Of a stretch of DNA of 64,000 nt, positions 30,602-39,429 are shown in pieces. Location of the stretch: contig CAWKGF010000005.1 in NCBI GenBank assembly GCA_963849135.1, forward strand, positions 22,826 through 86,825, in the 5' to 3' direction. The notes below the pieces were generated by a model that searched no databases, was not told the origin of the DNA, and worked only from the letters and a program-made list of their open reading frames with translations. Position 1 is the first letter of the stretch, and every line of letters starts with the position of its first letter. A program made the translations under genes and the position numbers. Source of the stretch: an uncultured Actinomycetes bacterium. GTDB taxonomy: Bacteria; Actinomycetota; Acidimicrobiia; IMCC26256; PALSA-555.

Positions 30602-31710
30602 TCAGCAGTCGCGGGGCTCACCACCGGCGGCCGCGGAGGCGCGGATCGCGTCGAGGACCCGCATGCCGGCGACACCGTCGGCGAAGGTGGGGATCGGGAC
30701 GCCGGCCGGGGGCGGGCGGCCTTCGACGCCGGCGAGGAGGATCTCGCAGAGGCGGGTGTACGGGCCGAGCTCGAGGTGGGTGAACTGCTGGCGCGGGTCG
30801 TCGCTCGGCGGGGGCGGCGCGGGGAGCGTCAGCTCGGGTGGGACGTCGAGGCGCTGCACCCCGTCCGCGTCGGCGAGCCACGCGTCGGAGCCGTCGATCC
30901 ACGCGCTGCCTCGGGTGCCGGCGAGGCGGGTCACGCCGCTCAGCGGGCCCCACGCGGCGGCGGTCTGCTCCAGCACCCCGTGGGCGCCGTTGCGGAGCCG
31001 GAACCGGACCACGAACGAGTCCTCGGCGACGCCGCGGCGGTCGGAGACGACGGGCAGGGTGGCGCTGACGTGCTCGAAGTCGCCGAGCCACGCCCGGACC
31101 TGGTCGACGACGTGGGAGCCGGAAGCGCCGAGCCAGCCGCCGCCCGCGTCGGGGTCGAACCACCACGGCGGCGTCCGCGCCGCGGGGTCAGCGACGAGGG
31201 GGACGAACTGGACGAGGGCGACGAGGCCGACGCGGCCGAGTCGCCCGTCCTGCACGGCGCGGCCGATGACGGCCCGTTCGGGCGCGAACCGGAACTCGTG
31301 GCCGACCAGGTGGGTCACCCCGGCCTGCTCGGCGGCGGCGAGCATTCGCTCGGCTTCGGTGGCGTCGAGGGCGAAGGGCTTCTCGCAGAGGAGGTGCTTC
31401 CCGGCCGACGCGGCGATGGTGACGACGTCGGCGTGTGCGGGGGGCGGGGTGGCGATCGAGACCGCCTGCACGTCGGGGCGCGAGACCGCGGCGTCGAGGT
31501 CGGTGAGCGCGAGCGGGACGTCGAGGCGCTCGGCGCGGCGGCGGGTGCGGTCGGGGTCGCGTCCGCAGAGCGCGACGACGTCGAACCCCGCGGCGCGGAG
31601 CGCGGGCACGTGGACGCGGGACCCGAACCCGGTCCCGACGACGACCGCGCCGGGCCGGCTCAGCGGCCCGCCTTCCTCGGTGGTGCGGGCGTCGCGGGTC
31701 GCCGCGTCAT
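30602..31710 (-). CDS. Gfo/Idh/MocA family oxidoreductase, start uncertain (possible frameshift at the 5' end)
   Basis: AVVVGTGFGSRVHVPALRAAGFDVVAL Rossmann motif and LLCEKPFAL. No ATG/GTG/TTG lies in frame near the Rossmann motif, while an ATG at 31710 sits in another frame 45 nt upstream. Confidence 0.65.
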
Positions 31711-31820
31711 GGCGCCTCGTTCGGATCGGGTGGGCGGGGCGGCCCGGATCGTACGGCGAGCGGAGGGACGGCGCGGACTGGGGGGTGCTGTCATCATGGC
31801 GGGACGGACCAGGGGGAGCG

Positions 31821-33059
31821 ATGGCAGCAGCCGGCCCGCGGCCGGGGCGTGTGGAGCCGCTCGTCGACGCGGACAACCACTACTACGAGCCTCGGGACTG
31901 CTTCACCCGCTACATCGAGCCCGCCTACCGGGATCGCACGGTCCGGGTCGGGGCGGGTGATCGAGGCCGGGAGGTGGTGCTGGTGGATGATCGGCCCTTC
32001 ACGTTCCTCGACGACCCGTTCAGCGACCGGAAGGTGAAGCCGGGCGCGTTGCGCGAGCTGCTGCGCACCATGGGGTCGGGTCGGGTGACGGAGTCGGGGG
32101 CGGTGGAGCCGGTGCAGCCCGAGTATGTGGCCCGGGCCCCGCGTCTCGAGCGGATGCAGGCCCAGGGCCTGCAGGCCGCGGTGCTGTTCCCCACGCTGGG
32201 TGTGTGCGTGGAGCACTTCTTGCGCGACGATCCGCCGCTGCTCGACGCCAGCTTCCGGGCGTTCAACCGCTGGCTCGCCGACGACTGGGGCTTTGCCTAC
32301 CAGGGCCGGATCTTCGCCGCGCCGATGCTGTCGCTGCGGGACGTCGACGCCGCGGTGGCGGAGCTCGACCGGGTCCTCGCCGAGGGCGCCCGGGTGATCG
32401 GGCTGCGGCCGGGTCCGGCGTATGGTCGCTCCCCCGCCGATCCGCACTTCGACCCGTTCTGGGCCCGGGTGGACGAGGCGCGGGCGGTCGTGGCGTTCCA
32501 TATCGGCGAGTCCGGGTACAACGAGATGCTGGGCCCGTGGTGGGGGGAGGAGCCGAACCCGTCGTCGCATCGCCAGTCGGCGTTCCAGTGGACGAGCTTC
32601 TACGGGGACCGGCCGATCATGGACACGTTCTCGGCGCTGGTGCTGCACAACCTGTTCGGCCGGTTCCCGAACGTGCGGTGCCTGAGCGTCGAGAACGGCT
32701 CGTTGTGGGTCGCGTACCTGCTGAAGGTGATGGACAAGATGTACGGGATGGGCCGCAACGGGCCGTGGCTGGGCGGCCGGCTGACCGAGCGGCCGAGCGT
32801 GGTGTTCAAGCGGCACGTGTTCGTGTCCCCGTACCACGAGGAGGACGTGGTCGCGCTGGTGGGGGTCCTCGGTGCGGAGCAGGTGGTGTTCGGCTCCGAC
32901 TATCCGCACCCAGAGGGGCTGGCCGAGCCGGCCGCGTTCGCGGACGCGCTGGCGCCGCTCGACGCCGCCACGCAGCGGCGCATCCTGGCCGAGAACACGG
33001 CCGGGCTGCTCGGGGCGGCGCTGGCCGGGCCGGAGGTGGCGGGGCCGGTCCGGTCGTGA
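31821..33059 (+). CDS. Amidohydrolase_2-type metal-dependent hydrolase/decarboxylase family protein
   Basis: ATG after AGGGGGAG. VDADNHYYEP...AFHIGESG...VFGSDYPHPEG motifs, 412 aa. Confidence 0.75.
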   Translation: MAAAGPRPGRVEPLVDADNHYYEPRDCFTRYIEPAYRDRTVRVGAGDRGREVVLVDDRPFTFLDDPFSDRKVKPGALRELLRTMGSGRVTESGAVEPVQPEYVARAPRLERMQAQGLQAAVLFPTLGVCVEHFLRDDPPLLDASFRAFNRWLADDWGFAYQGRIFAAPMLSLRDVDAAVAELDRVLAEGARVIGLRPGPAYGRSPADPHFDPFWARVDEARAVVAFHIGESGYNEMLGPWWGEEPNPSSHRQSAFQWTSFYGDRPIMDTFSALVLHNLFGRFPNVRCLSVENGSLWVAYLLKVMDKMYGMGRNGPWLGGRLTERPSVVFKRHVFVSPYHEEDVVALVGVLGAEQVVFGSDYPHPEGLAEPAAFADALAPLDAATQRRILAENTAGLLGAALAGPEVAGPVRS

Positions 33060-33181
33060 CCGGTCCGGGGCGGGTGGGGACGGCGGCGCCGGGCTCCGGC
33101 CCGCGTCGGTAGCTGCCGGCAGCGCGAGGGCGAGGGTCGCTCAACCGTTCGGTTGCGGGGCCGGGGCCGCCGACGTGCGGG

Positions 33182-34342
33182 TCAGCCGAGCGCGGCGTAG
33201 CACTCGTTGATGAGGCCGTACGAGCGTTGATCGCCGGCGAGACCCATGTCCATGCGGTTCATGACGTACCCGAAGGCGAGGTCGGCGTCGGGGTCGGCCC
33301 AGCCCGCCGATCCTCCGGCGCCGAAGTGACCGAAGGCGTGGGGGCCGCCGAGCTGGACGAGGCTGGAGGGGACGATGAACCCGAGGCCGAACTGCAGGTC
33401 GAGGTCGAGGAGCACGATGTTGGGTCCGCTGGTCCGCTGGGTGGTGGCGTCCCGCAGCCGCTCGGGGGTGAGGAGCCGGACGCCGTCGATCTCGCCGAGA
33501 CACGCGGCGTACATGCGGGCGAGGGAGCGGGCGTCGGTGATCCCGCCTGCGGCGGGCAGCTCCGCCGCGTGCACGCGACGCTCGTTCCAGATGTGACCGC
33601 TGAACGCGCCGCCGCCGCTGAGCGCCTTGCCGAGCATGGTGTCGGGTCCGGCGATCTCGTCCATCGCGGCGCGGGCCGCCGCGTCGAGCTCGCCCTCCTC
33701 GGGGAGAAGCCCGCCGATGAGACGTCCGACCCGCGGCTCCTCCTGCTCGGGGAGCCCGATCCAGAAGTCGAGGCCGAGCGGCGCGGCGACCTCGTCGTGG
33801 AAGTAGGTGCCGATGCTGCGACCGTCGACGCGGCGGACGACCTCACCGACGAGGTAGCCGTAGGTGATGGCGTGGTAGCCCTGCTTGGTGCCCGGCTCCC
33901 AGGCCGGGCGCTGGTGCTCGAGGGCGTGGATCATCGGCTCCCAGGCCAGCGCCTCGTCGAGGGTGAGCGGCTCGTCGACCCAGGCCAGCCCGGCCTGGTG
34001 CGACAGGAGGTAGCTGACCGGGATCTGCTCCTTGCCGGCCTGACCGAACTCGGGCCAGTAGTCGACGACCGGTGCGTCGAGGTCGAGGCGTCCAGCGTCG
34101 ACGAGCTGGTGCGCGCAGATCGCCGCTGCGCCTTTCGTGGTGGAGAACACGAGCTCGGCGCCGTCCTCGCTCCAGGGTCGGCCGGTCTGCTGGTCGGCGA
34201 CGCCGCCCCACAGGTCCACGACCGGCTCGCCGTGGTGGTAGGCGCTGAACGCGGCGCCGACGTCGAGGCCTTCGGCGAGGTTCTTCTCGAACAGGTCCTG
34301 GACGGTCTCGAAGCCAGGCTTGGTCCATCCTTCGATGGTCAT
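33182..34342 (-). CDS. Serine hydrolase (beta-lactamase/esterase class C-like family)
   Basis: MTIEGWTKPGFE...VFSTTKGAAAI (S-x-x-K), YHAITYG, GHFGAGGSAGWADP. 386 aa. Confidence 0.8.
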   Translation of the reverse strand: MTIEGWTKPGFETVQDLFEKNLAEGLDVGAAFSAYHHGEPVVDLWGGVADQQTGRPWSEDGAELVFSTTKGAAAICAHQLVDAGRLDLDAPVVDYWPEFGQAGKEQIPVSYLLSHQAGLAWVDEPLTLDEALAWEPMIHALEHQRPAWEPGTKQGYHAITYGYLVGEVVRRVDGRSIGTYFHDEVAAPLGLDFWIGLPEQEEPRVGRLIGGLLPEEGELDAAARAAMDEIAGPDTMLGKALSGGGAFSGHIWNERRVHAAELPAAGGITDARSLARMYAACLGEIDGVRLLTPERLRDATTQRTSGPNIVLLDLDLQFGLGFIVPSSLVQLGGPHAFGHFGAGGSAGWADPDADLAFGYVMNRMDMGLAGDQRSYGLINECYAALG

Positions 34343-34368
34343 GGTGTCCTCCGTCGGGCCGGGCCCGG

Positions 34369-35002
34369 TCAGTTCATCAGACCCCGCACGTGGTCGGCGA
34401 GCGCGACGGCCCAGCCGAGCGGGTCGTCGAGCGCCCACCCGTACTCGGGCAGGTCGAAGTACTCGATGGAGAGCCGGCCCGGGTAGCGGAGCCGGTCCAG
34501 CTCGGCGAGGAGGGCGCCGAAGTCGACGACGCCGGTCGGGTCGTCGACGCGCACCTGGGTGGCGCCGGGTCGGCCTTGCCGCAGCTGGATGTGGTCGGCG
34601 TACGGGAGCAGCTCGATGGGGTCGCCGCCCCAGTCGGCGACGTGGCCGGTATCGACGAGGAACCGGAGGCCGGGCACCTCGTCCTGCATGGCCCGCATGG
34701 TCTCGATCGAGTGGACGGTCGCGCCGGCCCACGGTTCGAGGAGCGCGCCGGGCGCGGCCCGGAACCAGCGCACGGTGCGCTCCCAGGCGCCGGGCGTGTC
34801 GGCGGGCGCGGGGGTGGAGCACCAGCCGGGCTGCGGCTTGGGGAACGCGGTGGGGCACCCGACGGGGAGGGCGAGGGTGGCCGGGTCGACGTCGACGAGC
34901 ACGTCGACGTGGTCGAAGCCGAGGCTCGGCGGCTTGGCGGGCGCTGTCGATCGGGGAGGCGGGACGGAACGCGAGGTCGAGGACGCCGAGGGGGTACCGC
35001 AC
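34369..35002 (-). CDS. Xylose-isomerase-like TIM-barrel (sugar phosphate isomerase/epimerase family) protein, frameshift near 34940
   Basis: The N-terminus (GTG)RYPLGVLDLAFRPASPIDSA is in the frame of ORF 33182..35002. The rest, KPPSLGFDHVDVLVD...FLVDTGHVADWGGDP...GRLSIEYFD...HVRGLMN*, is in the frame of ORF 34369..36072. Confidence 0.55.
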
Positions 35003-35921
35003 CGGGTCGGCGCGCCGACTGTCCGCCGCCCTGGAACTCCATCCCGCCCGGCATGACCATCCCGGGGGTCTGGAGGTGCTGGCCCAGCACCTGGTCGAAG
35101 TGCTCGGCGACCAGCTCGGGTGTCCATCCGCCGTCCCGCCACATGAACGCGATCTGCTTGGGGTGCTGGAACAGCGTGTAGGCGTAGTCGGTTCGCCCGA
35201 GGATCTGCCCGTTGACGTGCCCGGCCGCCTCGGAGGCGAGGAACACGACGAGCGGCGCGTTCAGGGCCGGGTCCTGCTCGGGGGGCGGGGCGGACCCGGA
35301 CCGCTCGAAGAGGGCCGCCGTCATGCGGGTCGCGCCGGCAGGCGCGACCGCGTTGACGGTGATCCCGGAGCGGCCCAGCTCGAGCGCCCAGATGAAGGTG
35401 AGCCCCATGAGGGCGGCTTTGGCGGCGCCGTAGTTGGTCTGCCCGAAGTTGCCGCGCAGCCCGGCCGACGAGGTGATGTTGATGATTCGCCCGTACCCGG
35501 CGTCTTTCATGACCGGCGCGGCATGCCGGGCGCAGTTGAACGACCCCTTGAGGTGGACGGCGAGGACGGCGTCGAAGTCCTCTTCGCTCATCTTGACCAG
35601 GGTGCGGTCGCGCACGATCCCGGCGTTGTTGACGAGGATGTCGAGACGCCCGAACGTGTCGAGCGCGTCGGCGACGATGCGGGCCGCGGCGTCGAAGTCG
35701 GTGACCGAGTCGTGGTTCGGGGTCGCCCGGCCGCCGTTGGCATCGATCTCGGCGCACACCGCGGCCGCCGGGTCCTCGCCGGTGCCGGCGCCGTCGAGGG
35801 TGGCGCCGACGTCGTTGACGACGACCTGCGCCCCAGCCGCGGCGAGGGCGAGCGCGAACTCGCGCCCGATGCCGCGCCCGGACCCGGTGACGACGGCGAC
35901 GCGGCCGTCGAGGAGCCCCAC
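35003..35921 (-). CDS. SDR, Hsd4A/MFE-2-type (3R)-hydroxyacyl-CoA dehydrogenase-like; 3' end undefined
   Basis: GRVAVVTGSGRGIGREFALALAAAGAQVVVNDVG, NNAGI, YGAAKAALMGL. The reading frame has no stop until 34377 (ORF 34377..35921), so the true stop is missing or shifted. The 35003 boundary is arbitrary. Confidence 0.7.
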
Positions 35922-35924
35922 GGC

Positions 35925-36350
35925 TCAGGCCACCACCGCGGTGGCGGCGCCGGCCAGCACCTCGACACCGTCCTGGTTGGTGACCGCGCAGGCGACGTCG
36001 ACGAGGTGCTCCCCGCCTTCGTCTCGCTTGCCAGTGACGACCGCGGTGCAGGTGAGCACGTCGCCGGGCCACACCTGCTTGGAGAACCGGACCTGGAAGC
36101 GGCGCAGAGCGGTGGGCCCGAACCAGTCCTTCACGACCCGGGCCATCAGCCCGGCGGTGAGCATCCCGTGCCCGAACACCGACGGGTTTCCCACCGAGGT
36201 GGCGATGGTGTCGTCGTGGTGCATCGGGTTGAAGTCACCGGACGCGCCGGCGTAGCGAACGAAGTTGGTGCGGGTGAGCGGGTCGGTGACCAGCGGCGGG
36301 GCGCTGTCCCCGACGTGGAGCGCGTCGTAGGCAGGGGCGGTCGTGGTCAT
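35925..36350 (-). CDS. MaoC-like (R)-specific enoyl-CoA hydratase
   Basis: FVRYAGASGDFNPMHHDD...VFGHGMLTAGL hot-dog hydratase motif. ATG at 36350 (MTTTAPAYD). Confidence 0.8.
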   Translation of the reverse strand: MTTTAPAYDALHVGDSAPPLVTDPLTRTNFVRYAGASGDFNPMHHDDTIATSVGNPSVFGHGMLTAGLMARVVKDWFGPTALRRFQVRFSKQVWPGDVLTCTAVVTGKRDEGGEHLVDVACAVTNQDGVEVLAGAATAVVA

Positions 36351-36383
36351 GGCGGCGGAGCGTATCGCGGACCACCAGAAAGG

Positions 36384-36397
36384 TGACACGACCGTCA
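36384..36397. promoter_or_regulatory. TGAC-N6-GTCA palindrome in the maoC/tetR divergent region, candidate TetR operator
   Basis: ggTGACacgaccGTCAgg within the 72-bp intergenic gap. The arms are short. Confidence 0.25.
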
Positions 36398-36421
36398 GGC
36401 GCCTCTACGCTCGCCGGCACG

Positions 36422-37113
36422 ATGAACCGCTGGGACGGCGCCGCGCCTCGCCCCGCGGGCCGCGACGCAGCCGGGCCCGCTCCGACGCGGGCGCTGCGCG
36501 CCCGGGGCCAGCGCACCCTGGCCCGGCTCCTCGACGCCGGGGCGAGCGTGTTCGCCGAGCGGGGCTACCACGCGGCGCGGGTCGACGACATCGTGAAGGC
36601 GGCCGAGACCTCGCACGGGACCTTCTACCTGTACTTCGCGAGCAAGGAGGACCTGTTCCGCACCCTGGCTCAGGACCTGGCCGCCTCGATGGTGGACCTG
36701 GCCCGGGAGCTCCACCCCTCACCCCGGACCGGGACGGCTACGTGGCGCTGACCGGCTGGCTGGGCCGCTTCACCGACCTGTACCAGCGGCACGGGAAGCT
36801 GCTGTGCACCTGGACGGAGGCCGAGATCGTCGACAGCGAGCTGGGTCAGGTGGGCGGTGACCTGGTGGGCCAGTTCGCGCTCGAGCTCGCGACCCGGCTG
36901 CGGGCGGCGACCCCGGACCTGGACCCCCGGGTGGGCGCCACCGCGCTGGTCGCGATGATCGAGCGGGCCAACTACTACCTGCAGGCCCGCCAGATCCAGG
37001 CCCGGCGGGAGGACCTGGTCGCGACGCTGGCCGCGGTGACCCACGCCGGGCTGTTCGGGCCCGACGCCCGGGAGGTGACTGCCACTCGGCCGGCCTCGGT
37101 GCTACGTTCCTGA
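36422..37113 (+). CDS. TetR/AcrR family transcriptional regulator, 1-nt indel near 36716
   Basis: RGQRTLARLLDAGASVFAERGYHAARVDDIVKAAETSHGTFYLYFASKEDLF HTH in ORF 36383..36751. After ELHP (a C run) it continues in ORF 36343..37113 (LTPDRDGYVALTGWLGRFTDLYQRH...). Confidence 0.8.
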
Positions 37114-37148
37114 CGCCAGCGTCAGAGACATCGATTGCAGGGGGGAGC

Positions 37149-37757
37149 ATGAGGAAATCGATCTCCGTGCTTGCCGTCGGCGCGCTCACCGGCATCCTGG
37201 CCGTCGCCCTCGCGGGCACGGCCGGGGCGGCGACCGGGCCCAAAGGCACCAGCACAACGACCGTTCCGAAGGAAACCAAGGTCACGTCGTGCCAGGCCAA
37301 GTCGGCGCAGAAGGACCTCACCGCGGCGCTGTACGTCTTCTTGACCGGCGGGAACGCCACCAAGTCCATGACGTACATCCAGAATGGCTCGAAGATCGGC
37401 CAGGCGTACGAGCAGAGCGCGGCCGCGGACATCGCGGCGGGTCTGACCAAGGCGAGCGAGCCCAGCCTGCCGACCGGCGTCAAGGTCATGTGCACGAGCA
37501 AGACCGCGGCGAACTTCACGTACGACCTGTACCTGAAGGACCTCACGACGGGGACGACCGGCCCGCCGCTCGGGCTCAACGCTTCCGGGAACGCGATCCT
37601 CACGAAGGGCGTGTGGTACATCTCGACGTCGTCGGTCTGTGACCTCATGGACGGCGCGATCAGCGACGTCTCCGACCCGACGCTCAAGGCGCAGGTGACC
37701 ACCGCGGTCACGGCCTGCTACGCGGCGATCGGCGAGACGCTGCCGCCGGCCTCCTGA
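37149..37757 (+). CDS. Secreted hypothetical protein (signal peptide, 5 Cys in the mature part, T/S/K-rich)
   Basis: MRKSISVLAVGALTGILAVALAGTAGAATG signal peptide. I recognise no family motifs. Confidence 0.5.
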   Translation: MRKSISVLAVGALTGILAVALAGTAGAATGPKGTSTTTVPKETKVTSCQAKSAQKDLTAALYVFLTGGNATKSMTYIQNGSKIGQAYEQSAAADIAAGLTKASEPSLPTGVKVMCTSKTAANFTYDLYLKDLTTGTTGPPLGLNASGNAILTKGVWYISTSSVCDLMDGAISDVSDPTLKAQVTTAVTACYAAIGETLPPAS

Positions 37758-37777
37758 CCACGCGGAGCGTGTGACGT

Positions 37778-37809
37778 GCGCCGCCTCGGCCTGCGGGCCG
37801 GGGCGGCGT
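37778..37809. terminator. GC-rich hairpin between convergent genes (bidirectional terminator-like)
   Basis: GCGCCGCC-t-CGGCC-tgcg-GGCCG-g-GGCGGCGT, located between the stops at 37757 and 37817. Confidence 0.4.
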
Positions 37810-37816
37810 CGTCGCG

Positions 37817-38629
37817 TCAGGCCTTGCCGGTGGACCCGTTGGGAGCGCCGGGGCGGGCGGTGGTGCTCTCGCCTTGCACGGCGGGGAGGATCCGCTCGCT
37901 GATGTCGCCGAGCTCGTCGGTGCGCCCCGAGAGGCTGATCCGGCCCTTGCCCATGACGACGACCTGGTCGGCGAGGGTGAGGGCCTGTCGGACGTGCTGC
38001 TCGACGATGAGGAGCCCAGTGCCGGCCTGGTGGATGGTGGCGAGCGTCTCGTACACCTCGTCGATGATGAGCGGGGCGAGCCCGAGCGACAGCTCGTCGG
38101 TGATGAGGAGCTTCGGGCCCCGCACCAGCACCCGGGCGAGGGACAGCATCCGCTGCTCCCCGCCGGAAAGGGTGCCGGCGAGCTGACGGCGCCGCTCCCC
38201 GAGCCGGGGGAACAGCGTGTACGCCTTGTCGAGGGCGGCGCGGCTGCCGCGCCGGCCGAACACCTGCCGGAAGGTGAGGGCCAGGTTCTCCTCGACGGTG
38301 AGGGTCGCGAACACCGAGCGGCCCTCGGGGGCGTGGACGACCCCGAGGCGGGCGAGGCGGAAGGCTCGCCGGTTGGTGACGTCCTCGCCCTGGAAGCGGA
38401 TCTCCCCGGCGGTGGGGTGCATGAGCCCGGAGCAGATCCGCACCACGGTGGTCTTGCCGGACCCGTTGCTGCCGAGCAGGGCGGTGACGCCCCGCTCCTG
38501 GATCGCGAACGAGATCCCGAACAGGGACCGGAACGGCCCGTAGCTGGCCTCGACGTCGCGAAGCTCGAGGACCGGCGGGGCGCCGGCCGGCTGCGTCGCG
38601 TCGGGTGCGTTCGCCACGTCGGTGGTCAC
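37817..38629 (-). CDS. livF: Branched-chain amino acid ABC transporter ATP-binding protein LivF
   Basis: GSNGSGKTT, LSGGEQRMLSLARVL, LLITDELSLGLAP. 270 aa. Overlaps the livG stop. Confidence 0.8.
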   Translation of the reverse strand: MTTDVANAPDATQPAGAPPVLELRDVEASYGPFRSLFGISFAIQERGVTALLGSNGSGKTTVVRICSGLMHPTAGEIRFQGEDVTNRRAFRLARLGVVHAPEGRSVFATLTVEENLALTFRQVFGRRGSRAALDKAYTLFPRLGERRRQLAGTLSGGEQRMLSLARVLVRGPKLLITDELSLGLAPLIIDEVYETLATIHQAGTGLLIVEQHVRQALTLADQVVVMGKGRISLSGRTDELGDISERILPAVQGESTTARPGAPNGSTGKA

Positions 38630-39429
38630 ACCATCTCCCCGAGGTACGCCTTGCGGACCGCTTCGTCGCCGAGGACGTCGGCGGTCGGGCCGCCGGCGAT
38701 CAGCTCACCGAAGTCGAACACGTAGAGGCGGGTGACGAGGTTCGAGACCATTTCCACGTCATGCTCGACGAGCAGCACCGCGAACTCGTGCTCGGCCTGG
38801 ACCGCGGCGAGCTTCTGGGCGAGCCCGGCGGTCTCCTTCACGTCGAGACCCGACGAGGGCTCGTCGAGGAGGAGCAGCTTGGGTTGGGTCATGAGGGCCC
38901 GGCCAAGCTCGACGAGCCGGCCCCGGCCGAGCGACAGCGATTCGACGGGCTTGTCGGCTTCGGCTTCGAGACCGACGATCTCGAGCATCCGCTCGGCGAG
39001 CTGCTGCTCCTTGGGGCTGAACTTCGAGCGGTTCAGCAGGTCCTTCCAGAGCCGGCCGCTGCCGTTGCGGGCCCGCTCGGTGACGAGGAAGTGCTCCCGG
39101 ACCGTCATGCCCGAGAACAGCTCGAGGCGCTGGAAGGTGCGGCCGATCCCGAGCCGGGCCCGCTTGTACACGGGGAGGTTCGTGACGTCGCGGCCGTCGA
39201 AGATCACACACCCGGATTCGGGGCGGAGCATGCCGAGCAGGCAGTTGAAGAAGGTCGTCTTGCCGGCCCCGTTCGGGCCGATGAGCCCGACCACCTGGCC
39301 GGGCGCGACGTCGAGGGTGATGTCGTCGAGGGCGGTGATCCCCGAGAACCGCTTCGTAATGCCGCGGGCCTCGAGGATCGGGGGACGATCCGGGGCCGCC
39401 CGGTCGCCGCGGCCGTCGGTGCTGGTCAT
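38626..39429 (-). CDS. livG: Branched-chain amino acid ABC transporter ATP-binding protein LivG
   Basis: MTSTDGRGDRAAPDRPPILEARGITKRFSGITALDD...GPNGAGKTTFFN...LSLGRGRLVELGRAL...LLLDEPSSGLD. The ATG at 39429 overlaps the TGA of the permease frame (ATGA). Confidence 0.85.
   Translation of the reverse strand: MTSTDGRGDRAAPDRPPILEARGITKRFSGITALDDITLDVAPGQVVGLIGPNGAGKTTFFNCLLGMLRPESGCVIFDGRDVTNLPVYKRARLGIGRTFQRLELFSGMTVREHFLVTERARNGSGRLWKDLLNRSKFSPKEQQLAERMLEIVGLEAEADKPVESLSLGRGRLVELGRALMTQPKLLLLDEPSSGLDVKETAGLAQKLAAVQAEHEFAVLLVEHDVEMVSNLVTRLYVFDFGELIAGGPTADVLGDEAVRKAYLGEMV

Noticed and set aside
34377-35002. C-terminal 300 aa of the 514-aa SDR ORF 34377..35921
   Set aside because: Beyond about residue 300 the translation turns into Pro/Arg/Ser-rich sequence. 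It overlaps the TIM-barrel gene, which reads sensibly in other frames. A missing or shifted stop is the likelier explanation, not a real extension.
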